From positions 64,001-128,000 of the IMG/VR virus record IMGVR_UViG_3300031159_000070: a stretch of 64,000 nt of DNA; one strand, 5' to 3'. The notes under the pieces were generated by a model. The model worked only from the letters and a program-made list of their open reading frames with translations, searched no databases and had not been told where the DNA came from. Positions 8,782 to 17,974 of this stretch are shown piece by piece (position 1 is the first letter of the stretch; each line of letters starts with the position of its first letter). Origin of the DNA: a virus. The position numbers were made by a program, and so were the translations under genes.

Positions 8782-8939
8782 GATCCAGGTCCGAGCAGCA
8801 GGAGCCGGTATGCGATCAATAGAGCGATCCCAGCAATGATCGCACCGATCGCAATCCAGTACGTGAGCCTCGGCTTGCGATCCGAATAGCCGAAGGCATA
8901 TCGAGAAAAATCTGACTTCGGCCCCTCGCGTCGAGACAT
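8778..8939 (-). CDS. small single-TM membrane protein (53 aa, not in ORF track)
   Basis: MSRREGPKSDFSRYAFGYSDRKPRLTYWIAIGAIIAGIALLIAYRLLLLGPGS; AGGAG RBS. Confidence 0.6.
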   Translation of the reverse strand: MSRREGPKSDFSRYAFGYSDRKPRLTYWIAIGAIIAGIALLIAYRLLLLGPGS

Positions 8940-8941
8940 GA

Positions 8942-9235
8942 TTACTCTCCTGGGATCGGTTCAAAGAACTCGTCGAGTTCTGCACCGAGGACCTCGGCGT
9001 AGAGCTTGAGCTGTCCGGCGAAGACGCGCGAGCGCCCGTTCTCGTGCTGCTGCACGAGCGGCTTCGTGAAGCCGGTCAGTTCGGCCAGCGTGTCGAGCGA
9101 CACGCCGGCCCTCTGCCGCAGGCGACGCAGATTGTAGGCAACGAGCTGATTGTTCAGAGCAGCCGCCCCGAGGCCGCCGGCTCCAGATTGCCCTCGATCT
9201 TCGCTTTTCCGAGTTCGTGCTTCAGTGCGTGCCAT
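8942..9235 (-). CDS. XRE/Cro-family HTH regulator (start uncertain)
   Basis: NLRRLRQRAGVSLDTLAELTGFTKPLVQQHENG...LGAELDEFF. Confidence 0.8.
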   Translation of the reverse strand: MARTEARTRKSEDRGQSGAGGLGAAALNNQLVAYNLRRLRQRAGVSLDTLAELTGFTKPLVQQHENGRSRVFAGQLKLYAEVLGAELDEFFEPIPGE

Positions 9236-10074
9236 GCTGTCGGGAGCTCATGATAAACGTGGCCGTCGAGCGTTGCGCCGCCCTTCTCATCGGGTTCCTT
9301 CTCGAGCCCGCGCGCAATCGCGAGCTGGAAGGCCTTCTGTATCGTGATCCGCTCCTCCTTGGCAATTCTGACGGCGTAGGGGTTGTTCTTCGGGTGCCCG
9401 TACTGCTTGAACCAGATCGCAGCGTTGGCAGCGCGCGACTTGTCGATCGATGACTTAAGCCAGTCGAGCGCCATCGGCCGGCATTTCGGACCCGACTCGC
9501 CACCGATCAAGATCCAGTCGCACCCTGAGAAGTCGACCTTGTCGATTGGCCCGATCAATGGCTCGACGGACAGGAAAGCGCAGGAGACGTTGTGGCGGGC
9601 CTTGATATCGCGCAGCACGTCCGTGCGCTTGGCCACGTCATTGTTCTCGATCGACGTGCCGAACCAGAGGTGGAATGGCGCACGGTTATGCCCATATCGG
9701 CGGCGCAGGTAGCGACCGGCAACGCCTGGGCGTTTGGTGAGTAGCTGGAAGATGGTGATGGGATTGTCTTCCATTGCATCGAAGACCTGATCTCGAAATG
9801 TGTCTGGGATCTGCTCGTGAAAAATGTCCGACATTGAGTTCAGGAAGACCATCCTTGGCACGACTTCTCCCACAGCGTTTCGCAGGGGTTTCATCGCGCG
9901 AATGTCCTCCAGCCTCTTGGGGTAATAGCGAATTTCCTCGAACGGGTTTTTTCCCAACCGGTCGTTGATGGCTTCGGCATAGCAGAAGTCACATCCTGCG
10001 CTGACCTTCGTGCAACCCCAGGTGGGATTGATTGTCGTGTTGGTCCAAGAGATTCCGGTCTTCAGGACGGTCAT
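9154..10074 (-). CDS. DUF5131 (phage Gp37/Gp68) radical-SAM-like protein
   Basis: TGISWTNTTINPTWGCTKVSAGCDFCYAE (CX6CX2C), NSMSDIFH, LTKRP, LSVEPL, WILIGGESG. Confidence 0.92.
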   Translation of the reverse strand: MTVLKTGISWTNTTINPTWGCTKVSAGCDFCYAEAINDRLGKNPFEEIRYYPKRLEDIRAMKPLRNAVGEVVPRMVFLNSMSDIFHEQIPDTFRDQVFDAMEDNPITIFQLLTKRPGVAGRYLRRRYGHNRAPFHLWFGTSIENNDVAKRTDVLRDIKARHNVSCAFLSVEPLIGPIDKVDFSGCDWILIGGESGPKCRPMALDWLKSSIDKSRAANAAIWFKQYGHPKNNPYAVRIAKEERITIQKAFQLAIARGLEKEPDEKGGATLDGHVYHELPTAWHALKHELGKAKIEGNLEPAASGRLL

Positions 10075-10666
10075 TCGACTTCCTCTCGATTGTTCGCTTG
10101 ATGACGGATATGGGAACGTTGCTGTTCTTCACCGGTCTTCTGTTGATATGGAAAAGAGTCTCATCTGCTGGTGCGGTGTGAAGTACATGCAGGGGGAGAC
10201 CTAAAGCTTTTGCGTATCGAATTTTTCGGCTGAGATCGCGACGTCGTGCTCCGGTCACTTCGACTGCAACGCGTTTTCCTTCGTAGGTTGCGGCAATGTC
10301 GAATGGAGATCCATGTGAGAGTTCCGATAGGTGCACGATTTCTGTGTATCCGAGTTTCGGAAGGATTCTCGCTATAGCTCGTCTTTCAAGCCTGCGACCT
10401 GTGCCGACAGTATCGCCGCGCGACCCTGATGGCCTCTTGGCGAAGCCGTACCATGCTGTGTTGAAGGCTGAATGCCAGTCCTTCTGAGTGCGTCGCCGTT
10501 CCGCCGCTTTTTGACGCCGGGCGATATGATAGCAACTCTGCGAGCAGTATCTGTTCCTGTGATCTCTGTCGTATTTTTGGCCGCGGTACGGTGTAGGGCC
10601 GCCGCAGACACCGCATGGTCTGTCACTGATCCCATAGCTTATCACCGCTTGCGCTCCTCGCGGCAT
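9989..10666 (-). CDS. Zn-finger plus PD-(D/E)XK-like nuclease protein
   Basis: CGVCG...YCSQSC; E...PFDIAATYEGKRVAVEV; lower GC than neighbours. Confidence 0.6.
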   Translation of the reverse strand: MPRGAQAVISYGISDRPCGVCGGPTPYRGQKYDRDHRNRYCSQSCYHIARRQKAAERRRTQKDWHSAFNTAWYGFAKRPSGSRGDTVGTGRRLERRAIARILPKLGYTEIVHLSELSHGSPFDIAATYEGKRVAVEVTGARRRDLSRKIRYAKALGLPLHVLHTAPADETLFHINRRPVKNSNVPISVIKRTIERKSNDRPEDRNLLDQHDNQSHLGLHEGQRRM

Positions 10667-10683
10667 TGTTGAGGCTTTCGAGC

Positions 10684-10968
10684 TTAGGATAGCTCTTTCT
10701 CAAGCTGGTCGAGGAGCTCTCTGGCTTGGCGCAGGCTTCTATCGATCAGCGGCTTGTTGAAGCGCGAAGCGAGGTCGTTCAAGGCGTCTGCGATGGCTTC
10801 CTTCTCTTCGGGCGTATGTCCATTCCAAGTGCAATCAACTGTTGGCGGGCGCTCACCCTGACAAAGATTGCCATGTTTCACCGACCACCTTCTGGCGAGC
10901 GCCCTGTCGATGTTGCTCAGTGTCCCCATGAGAGCGTGCAGCGTCTCGTTCTTTGACTCCGTGAACAT
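10684..10968 (-). CDS. hypothetical protein
   Basis: 94-aa ORF, GAGG RBS, directly after a promoter. Confidence 0.65.
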   Translation of the reverse strand: MFTESKNETLHALMGTLSNIDRALARRWSVKHGNLCQGERPPTVDCTWNGHTPEEKEAIADALNDLASRFNKPLIDRSLRQARELLDQLEKELS

Positions 10969-11004
10969 GAGTTCGCGTTCCTCGTGTGATTGCGGAAGCT
11001 CGTG

Positions 11005-11033
11005 AGTATAATAGCACTATACTATTCCATCAA
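11005..11033 (-). promoter_or_regulatory. sigma70-type promoter at the early/late divergence
   Basis: Minus strand TTGATG-17bp-TATACT; an overlapping TATAAT lies on the plus strand at 11007-11012. Confidence 0.6.
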
Positions 11034-11042
11034 GTCGCGGTG

Positions 11043-11173
11043 CGAGCGCGATGCTCGGTGCCGTGCAGTCTCAGGGGCGATCCCTGGAACTCAGTTCAAC
11101 CCGCGTCGCAGCGCGATGCTGCGGTCAAGGAGAAACCCACCATGTCTGCAATGAACGGCGGGAGCGATTCCCG
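11043..11173 (+). repeat. four GCGAT-loop hairpins in the terS leader/start
   Basis: CGAGC-GCGAT-GCTCG, CAGGG-GCGAT-CCCTG, CGCAGC-GCGAT-GCTGCG, CGGGA-GCGAT-TCCCG. Confidence 0.8.
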
Positions 11174-11615
11174 GCGGGAAGGCAACTACACTGGTAAGCC
11201 TCCGCGTTTTACGGTCGAACAGGTCATCGAGGCATTGCGTGCCGCGGCCGGTGTCCAGCACATCGCCGCGCAAAAGCTCGGGTGTGCGCGCTCCACCATC
11301 ACCTATTACAAGCGCAAGCACCCCGAGATAGAAGAGGCGCTCGAGGAGATCAAGGAAAGCCTCATCGACCTTTCCGAGGGTGTCGTCTGGCACCACGTCC
11401 GCAAGAAGAATCTGCGTGCAGCACAGTTCGTGCTCGAAACGATCGGCAAGCAGCGCGGCTGGGTCAAGCGCGGCGAGATCGCCGGCGTCAACGGCGAGCC
11501 GATCGAAGTGCGTCTCGGGCTCGACCTTTCGAACCTGTCGCCCGAAGAGCTGATTACCCTCGATCAGCTGCTGGCACGAGCTCAGGGCAAGCCCACAGAA
11601 GCCGTTCCGAACTGA
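11142..11615 (+). CDS. terS: terminase small subunit
   Basis: N-terminal HTH, AAQFVLETIGKQRGW, EIAGVNGEPI; AAGGAG RBS; directly upstream of terL. Confidence 0.8.
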   Translation: MSAMNGGSDSRREGNYTGKPPRFTVEQVIEALRAAAGVQHIAAQKLGCARSTITYYKRKHPEIEEALEEIKESLIDLSEGVVWHHVRKKNLRAAQFVLETIGKQRGWVKRGEIAGVNGEPIEVRLGLDLSNLSPEELITLDQLLARAQGKPTEAVPN

Positions 11616-11616
11616 C

Positions 11617-13170
11617 GTGCTCTCTGCCGCGCAGTGGCGGCAGCTCAACGAACGTCCGCGCGACGTCGTTGATCTTCGGGCCGCGATAGATCGGACGCTC
11701 TGCGAGAAGTCGTTCTCGCATTTCGTGCGTCAGGCCTGGCCGTACATCGATCCGGCGCACTACCTGCACAACTGGCACATCGATGCGATCGCCGAGCATC
11801 TTGAAGCGGTGATGCGCGGCGAGATCCGGCGGCTGCTCATCAACATCCCGCCGCGGTCGATGAAGAGCCTCATGTGCTCCGTCGCGTTCCCGGCCTACGT
11901 GTGGGCGCAGGAGCCGATCAAGGGGCCGGACGGCGTTCAGCTGCCGACGTGCGGGCCCCACTGCCAGTTCTTCTATGCGTCCTATGCCGCAGAGCTGTCG
12001 ACTGAGCACTCGGTCAAGACGCGCGATCTCATACTGTCGCCCTGGTATCAGAGCCGCTGGGGCACTCGCTTCAAGCTCAAGGGCGACGCCAACCTAAAGA
12101 CCAAGTTCGACAACGACAAAGGCGGCAAGCGTCTCGCCGCCTCGGTCGGCGGCATATCGACCGGTTTCGGCGGCGACATCATCGTCGTCGACGACCCGCA
12201 CAACACCAAGACCTCGGAAAGCGACGTCGTCCGCGATGAGACGGTGCGCTGGTATTTCGAGGTTCTGCAAACCCGTCTCAACGATCCGAAGCGTGGCGCG
12301 TTCATCGTCGTCATGCAGCGCGTTCACGAACGTGACGTCGCTGGCGAGATCATCGCGCGAGAGGCAGGCTACGTTCATCTGTGCCTACCGGCGCGGTTCG
12401 AATCCGATCATCCGTTCGTGTGGGTCCGCGATCCGCGCGCCGTCGAGAACGGCGGGGAAGGGGACGGCCAGCTGCTCTGGCCAGAGCGCTTCGGCGAGAA
12501 GGAGCTCGAAGAGCTCGCCATCATGGGAGAGTACGGCGTCGCCGGCCAGCTGCAGCAACGTCCGGCTCCGCGCACCGGCGGCTTCTTCGAGACCGACAAG
12601 ATCGAGGTCATCGATCACCTGCCGGTCGACGCAGACGGCAAGCCGATCAAGATCGTCAAACGCGTAAGGGCCTGGGACCTCGCTGCCACCAAGGATATCG
12701 GCTCGCTTGACCCGAGCTGGACCGTCGGCGTCCTGATGGCCAAGGGCGAGAACGGTGTCTTCTACGTCGAGGACGTGCAGCGGTTCAGAGAGAACCCGCA
12801 CGAGGTCGAGGTGCGCATTCGTCGGACTGCGCAGATCGACGGCCGTGATGTCGAGATTTCGATTCCGAAAGATCCGGGTGCGGCCGGCAAGACGGTTGCT
12901 GAGCATCTCATCAGGATGCTCGCCGGCTTTATCGTCAAGGAAGAGCCGCAGTCAGCCGACAAGGCCCAGCGGGCCAAGCCGTTCGCTGCGCAGGTCGGCG
13001 GACGAAACGTGAAGCTCATCCGAGCCAGTTGGAACCGGGCGTACCTGGACGAGCTGCAGACGTTTCCTATGGGTCGGCATAATGACCAGGTCGACGCATC
13101 GGCGTCGGCTTTCAACCGGCTCGCTGATCCCGGCAAGATCGGCTTCATCATCGGTGGTGGTCGCAGATAG
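11617..13170 (+). CDS. terL: terminase large subunit
   Basis: LLINIPPRSMKS (Walker A), IIVVDDPH (Walker B), nuclease AWDLA and HNDQVDA. Confidence 0.96.
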   Translation: MLSAAQWRQLNERPRDVVDLRAAIDRTLCEKSFSHFVRQAWPYIDPAHYLHNWHIDAIAEHLEAVMRGEIRRLLINIPPRSMKSLMCSVAFPAYVWAQEPIKGPDGVQLPTCGPHCQFFYASYAAELSTEHSVKTRDLILSPWYQSRWGTRFKLKGDANLKTKFDNDKGGKRLAASVGGISTGFGGDIIVVDDPHNTKTSESDVVRDETVRWYFEVLQTRLNDPKRGAFIVVMQRVHERDVAGEIIAREAGYVHLCLPARFESDHPFVWVRDPRAVENGGEGDGQLLWPERFGEKELEELAIMGEYGVAGQLQQRPAPRTGGFFETDKIEVIDHLPVDADGKPIKIVKRVRAWDLAATKDIGSLDPSWTVGVLMAKGENGVFYVEDVQRFRENPHEVEVRIRRTAQIDGRDVEISIPKDPGAAGKTVAEHLIRMLAGFIVKEEPQSADKAQRAKPFAAQVGGRNVKLIRASWNRAYLDELQTFPMGRHNDQVDASASAFNRLADPGKIGFIIGGGRR

Positions 13171-13211
13171 CGAAAAACAAGCCGCGAGCTGAGAACTCGT
13201 GAGCAAGTGTC

Positions 13212-13781
13212 ATGAGCAAGGATTGCACGTCGGTCTTCGAGGCCGATTATGTTGCGCGGCAGCTTTGCACGAAAGCGCCGCTGGTCGAAGGCTGGCAATG
13301 GACTCGTCATCGCCGGCCGCCGCTGCCGTTCTACGAGAACCACGATCTGCTGCCCGCGGCGCATGGGTACTGCCGCATCTGCGCCGGACCTGTTTACGCC
13401 GACGGCGCGCATTTCGGCTCGCACCTGAGCAAGCGGACCTGGCACAACATCTGCCTCAAGGCTTTCACGTTCTGGACGCAGCCCGACGCCAACGTGCTGG
13501 GTCCACGCCAGCAATGGGCGTGTGCGTCCTGTGGCAGAGATCTTTCGCGGGAGCGTTCGTCTGGCCCCTGTTTCGCTGACGTCGCCCAGGTCGACCATAT
13601 CGTGCCGCTGTACCGCGTCTGGCGAGACCTCAGAGGCCTCCATTGGACGGAGCTGCTTCACTACTGGTCGCCCGACAACTGTCAGGTGCTCTGCGTTGCC
13701 TGCCACAAACTCAAGTGTTCCGCTGAAGCCGGCGAGCGCGCCGCCTTCCGCGCCGATGGTCCGCAACTCGTCCTGATCTGA
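13212..13781 (+). CDS. HNH endonuclease
   Basis: CASCG...QVDHIVPL...NCQVLCVACHKLK. Confidence 0.85.
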   Translation: MSKDCTSVFEADYVARQLCTKAPLVEGWQWTRHRRPPLPFYENHDLLPAAHGYCRICAGPVYADGAHFGSHLSKRTWHNICLKAFTFWTQPDANVLGPRQQWACASCGRDLSRERSSGPCFADVAQVDHIVPLYRVWRDLRGLHWTELLHYWSPDNCQVLCVACHKLKCSAEAGERAAFRADGPQLVLI

Positions 13782-13845
13782 GCCCCGCACAATCCGAAAC
13801 CTTAGAGCCTGGAGCGCAAGCCCCGGGCCGCAGGAGCATGCGCAA

Positions 13846-15420
13846 ATGCCAACTCCGCTCCCCCGCATTTCGTCGGACACCAAGACCGGTGGTCAGGGTC
13901 GCATGCGCGATCCGAGCACGCCGTCCTACGCCTACCTGCGAATGGAGGAAGACTGGCACGTCGTTCGCACCGTCTACGAGGGCACTCGGGCGATGCGCGA
14001 AGCGCGCCACCGGTATCTGCCTCAGCACACCCGTGAGACCGATGACGAGTACGAGCGGCGCCTGCAGTGCACCACGCTGCACAACGTGCTTCGCGATGCC
14101 GTCCAGAACACAGCCGCCCGCCCGTTTCGCAAGCGCATCGCCCTCACCGAAACGAGCCCCGAGGTTGCGCAGTTCTGGGCCGAAGATATCGATCTGATCG
14201 GCAACAGTCTGCATATGTTCGCCGTCCGCGCCTTTCGCGAGGCGCTGCTCGACGGCATGGTGCACGTCCTTGTCGATATGTCGATCGTGCCGCCCGGCGC
14301 GACGAAGGCTGATGAGATGGCGCTCCGGACTCGTCCGTTCTGGACGCTTGTTCCCGCACGGGACCTCATTGCCGCCTACAGTCGCTTTGACGAGGCCGGC
14401 AACAAGATCTGCTATCACGCGCGCATCCGCGAAACGGTTACCGAGCTCGAGGACGATTTCTTCGAGGTGGAGGTCGAAAGAGTCCGCGTCTACCGGCTGA
14501 AACCGGAGGAAGATGAGTTTGGCAATCCGATCGAAGGTGGCCGCGAAGTCGCCGTGTGGGAGCTGTGGGAGCGGACTTCTGCCGGCTGGGAAGTCATCGA
14601 CGGAGGACCGCTGCTCAAGGCCGGCGGCGAGCCCTGGGATCGCGTGCCGCTCGAGACCTTCTATTGCGGCAACTTCATCGACGATTATGTCGCCACGCCG
14701 CCGTTTCTCGATCTTGCATGGAAGAACGTCGAGCACTGGCAGTCATCCTCTGACCAGCGCAACATCCTGACCAAGGGACGCTTTCCGATCCTTGCCGCCT
14801 CCGGCATCGAAGATCCATCGAAGCTGCTCAATGACAAGGGCGAGCTGGAGATCGGCCCGCACACAGCGCTCGTCACGCCGCACAAGGAAGCCAAGTGGTA
14901 TTATGTCGAACCACAAGGCAATGCGATCAAAGCGGGCGCTGAAGATCTGAAGCAGCTCGTCGAGGACATGCGCATCATGGGCCTCGACCCGCTGATGCCG
15001 CAGAACGGTGGCATGCAGACGGCCACGGAGCGCTCGATCGATGAATCCAAGGCGCGCGCGCCGCTTGAGCAGTGGGCGTGGGAGTTCGCCGATTTTATTT
15101 CACGTTGCTTCGATCGCATGTTCGAATGGGTCGGCCTGGGTCAATACGTCGGACTGGCCAAGGTCCTGCTCGATATCGACATGGGGCTTGGTGACGAGAA
15201 CAAGCACGACCTGCAGACGCTGCTACAGCTGCGTCAGCTCGGAGACATCTCGCGCCACACGCTCTACGAGGAGCTGAAACGGCGCGGCCTGCTCGGGCCG
15301 TACTTCGATCCGTTGAGAGAAGAGCAGTTCATCGAGCAGGAGCTGATGATGATCGCCCGCACCAATCCCAATTTCGATGACGACAGCGACGGTGCAGGCG
15401 ATGAGTCGTTTCTCAATTAA
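13846..15420 (+). CDS. portal protein (DUF4055 family)
   Basis: YLPQHTRETDDEYERRL, PPFLDLAWKNVEHWQSSSD, TATE; position after terL. Confidence 0.9.
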   Translation: MPTPLPRISSDTKTGGQGRMRDPSTPSYAYLRMEEDWHVVRTVYEGTRAMREARHRYLPQHTRETDDEYERRLQCTTLHNVLRDAVQNTAARPFRKRIALTETSPEVAQFWAEDIDLIGNSLHMFAVRAFREALLDGMVHVLVDMSIVPPGATKADEMALRTRPFWTLVPARDLIAAYSRFDEAGNKICYHARIRETVTELEDDFFEVEVERVRVYRLKPEEDEFGNPIEGGREVAVWELWERTSAGWEVIDGGPLLKAGGEPWDRVPLETFYCGNFIDDYVATPPFLDLAWKNVEHWQSSSDQRNILTKGRFPILAASGIEDPSKLLNDKGELEIGPHTALVTPHKEAKWYYVEPQGNAIKAGAEDLKQLVEDMRIMGLDPLMPQNGGMQTATERSIDESKARAPLEQWAWEFADFISRCFDRMFEWVGLGQYVGLAKVLLDIDMGLGDENKHDLQTLLQLRQLGDISRHTLYEELKRRGLLGPYFDPLREEQFIEQELMMIARTNPNFDDDSDGAGDESFLN

Positions 15421-15448
15421 CTCCGCATGAAAAAATGGACTGACCGCA

Positions 15449-17974
15449 ATGCCGACGCCGCGAAAGCGCGATGCCTACCGCGCCGATCTGATGCGAGAGA
15501 TGAATGGCGCCGGCCGGACAAGCGCTACCGGCGCGCGCCGCGCCAGCGCCTCGTCGACCCCGCGCGTCTCGAGCCCGCCAGCACCCAGCTTCGACGCCCA
15601 GGCGATAGCTGAGGCTGCTGAACGCAAGCTGGCGCAAAAGCGGGCCCTCGAAACGGTCAATGCCGCGCGTGTGCGGGGGCTCACGGACACCACGCGCTCT
15701 GCACGCGAGATCAAGCGCGCTTCATTCGAAAAGGCTCGACCGCAGGCGCGTGGTGGCGCCGATCGGGTCTGGGTCGAGGGCTTCACGCGCAAAGATGGGA
15801 CCCGGGTCAAGGGCCATTGGCGGACCAATCCGAACCCAGCCGAAGTGGACGATGCGCTGCCGTTTCCGAAGGTCACCGATCCCAAAGCTGCCGAAGCTGG
15901 CATAGAGAACATGCCGCTCACGGGCATGTTCTCGCCGGTGGGCCTGGCACTGATGGGCGCTGCCACCATCAAGAGTGTGCATGATGCCTACAAGGCGATG
16001 AAGGGTGCCTTTGACATTACGCTGGGCCGCGCTCCGGCAACCTATCAGCTTGACAAGGACGGCAAGCTCGTCAGCCGCATTCCGACGGAGATCCAGGCCG
16101 GCGGCATGGCCGCGGCCGGGCTTGCAGCAACCGGCTCGGTGGCCGGCATGGGCAGGGTAGGCGTGAGAAATGCCGTTGGCTCAGGCCCAACTCGCCTTGC
16201 TTCTGGTGTGGCGCCCGACATCAACGAGCTTGGGCTTTACAGCCAGGCCTTGCGCGCAGCGCGCGCGCTGCCACAGGAGAAGGGTACGCCCCAACAGATG
16301 CTGGAGATGCTGAAGCGCGCCGGCGTCAAGGATGATGAGATCAAATGGACTGGGCTCGACAAGTTCCTTCAGCAAAGCGGCAAGCAGGTTACCAAGAAGG
16401 ACATTGTCGAGTTTATCGATGCCAACCGAGTGAGGTTGCGCGAGCGGACATACGGCGGCGGATATAATGCCGAGGAGCTTTTCGTCGACCTTGGCGAAAA
16501 TTTGCGCCGGCTCGGAAGTGGCTGGTATGCGCAGACGCTGAATCATGGAGATTGGATCGTTCGGCCTCTGGGCGGCAACAGATACAAGGCTCGGTCGGAT
16601 CGAGGCATTCAATTAGAGATCGATTTGACGGGTAATCCCACTGTGGAACGCGTGGCGGCAAAAATTGCGGACGCCCTTGAAAAGAGTGGCGGGGGAGAGC
16701 CAGCGCGTTATGCCAAATACTCGTTTGATCCCGATAACCCGACCTATCGAGAGCAGGTTTTGCAGTGGCTGCATCCTGAAGGTATGTCGGTGCAGAGGAC
16801 CCTTCCCGGAGGTCACTTCAGTGTATCTGGCACCGTGGCTCATGTGAGGTCCCTGGTCGATGAGCTTCGCGAGCCTCCTGCTGGCACCAACCTCAAGTCC
16901 GGCGATCGCATTCTTCACATTGAAGAGATCCAGAGCGATGCGGCGCAGGAAGCACGCAAAATTGGGATTAAGCCGACCGGAGAGGAAGGTGAGAAGCTTC
17001 GCGGTGAGTTGAAGCGCGTCGGCAAGGAGCTGTCTCGCGTTACAGACCAAACGGCAGAACTCCACGCCGAGATGGTCAGGTTCACCAGCAAGCATGGCGT
17101 TTCCGGCGGTGATGTTACTGATCTCATTGGGATTGACGTTGACCCCGCGGTGCGTGATCAAGCGTGGGCTTTACTTGAGCGTAACAACCAGCTCATTCAG
17201 CAATACAATCGCTTGAGCCAGGAGTTTCATGCGTTGCAGCAGCTTACGCAGGGTGTCGAGCCGATGCCCTACATCGACTCCACCAACAAATGGGTTGATC
17301 TCGCTCTCAAGACGCAGCTTGTCAGGGCCGCGCGTGATCCTAGTGTTAAGGGGATTTCCCTTATTGCCGGCAAGGATGTTGCGCAGCGCTTTTCCCAAAT
17401 CCGCGTGTTCGATTATGTCGAGTACCAGCCCATTGGCGATAAATTCGAGGTTCGCACGAGAGACGTTTACGGCAACCGACGGAAAGACATTGTGTCATCG
17501 GAGCAATTGCCGGATGTCGTTGGCTCTGAGATTGCCGAGCGCATTCTCCGCGGGGAGGGCGAAAAGCACGGCATGATTCACGAGCTACTTCCTCCATTTG
17601 CTCCGATGATAACGAGGAAGGGTCAGGGTAACATCGCCTTCTACAACAAGATCGTCCCGCAACGCCTGAAAGAGATCGTCCGCAAGATCGATCCGCAGGC
17701 CAAGATCGGCGAGGGCAAGCTCTCTGTCCAGTCGACCGATCAGTCGCCCGTCAAGGTCCTCGAGATGACGGAAAAGATGCGCGAGAAGATCATCCGTGAT
17801 GGTCTCTCCCTCTTCGTCAACCGGCCGGGCGCTGGCGTGCCGGCCCTGCCCCTCATGACGCCGCGCGAGCAGCGCGAAGCCGAGCACCGCGCTGCCTTGC
17901 GTGAAAGCGTGCGCCGTCGCTCTCGCCAACGCCGGGAGTTCTATCGCGCTCTCGCTCGTGGAGATGCCACCTGA
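15449..17974 (+). CDS. putative head-cargo polyvalent protein A (shared N-terminus plus EEIQSD module)
   Basis: N-terminal ~215 aa paralogous to the next gene; C-terminal GLYSQAL...GVKDDEIKWTGL...HIEEIQSD...FYNKIVP as in large phage polyvalent proteins. Confidence 0.7.
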   Translation: MPTPRKRDAYRADLMREMNGAGRTSATGARRASASSTPRVSSPPAPSFDAQAIAEAAERKLAQKRALETVNAARVRGLTDTTRSAREIKRASFEKARPQARGGADRVWVEGFTRKDGTRVKGHWRTNPNPAEVDDALPFPKVTDPKAAEAGIENMPLTGMFSPVGLALMGAATIKSVHDAYKAMKGAFDITLGRAPATYQLDKDGKLVSRIPTEIQAGGMAAAGLAATGSVAGMGRVGVRNAVGSGPTRLASGVAPDINELGLYSQALRAARALPQEKGTPQQMLEMLKRAGVKDDEIKWTGLDKFLQQSGKQVTKKDIVEFIDANRVRLRERTYGGGYNAEELFVDLGENLRRLGSGWYAQTLNHGDWIVRPLGGNRYKARSDRGIQLEIDLTGNPTVERVAAKIADALEKSGGGEPARYAKYSFDPDNPTYREQVLQWLHPEGMSVQRTLPGGHFSVSGTVAHVRSLVDELREPPAGTNLKSGDRILHIEEIQSDAAQEARKIGIKPTGEEGEKLRGELKRVGKELSRVTDQTAELHAEMVRFTSKHGVSGGDVTDLIGIDVDPAVRDQAWALLERNNQLIQQYNRLSQEFHALQQLTQGVEPMPYIDSTNKWVDLALKTQLVRAARDPSVKGISLIAGKDVAQRFSQIRVFDYVEYQPIGDKFEVRTRDVYGNRRKDIVSSEQLPDVVGSEIAERILRGEGEKHGMIHELLPPFAPMITRKGQGNIAFYNKIVPQRLKEIVRKIDPQAKIGEGKLSVQSTDQSPVKVLEMTEKMREKIIRDGLSLFVNRPGAGVPALPLMTPREQREAEHRAALRESVRRRSRQRREFYRALARGDAT

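Noticed and set aside
11617-13170. Intein or intron in the terminase
   Set aside because: Normal length, contiguous motifs, no splice signatures.
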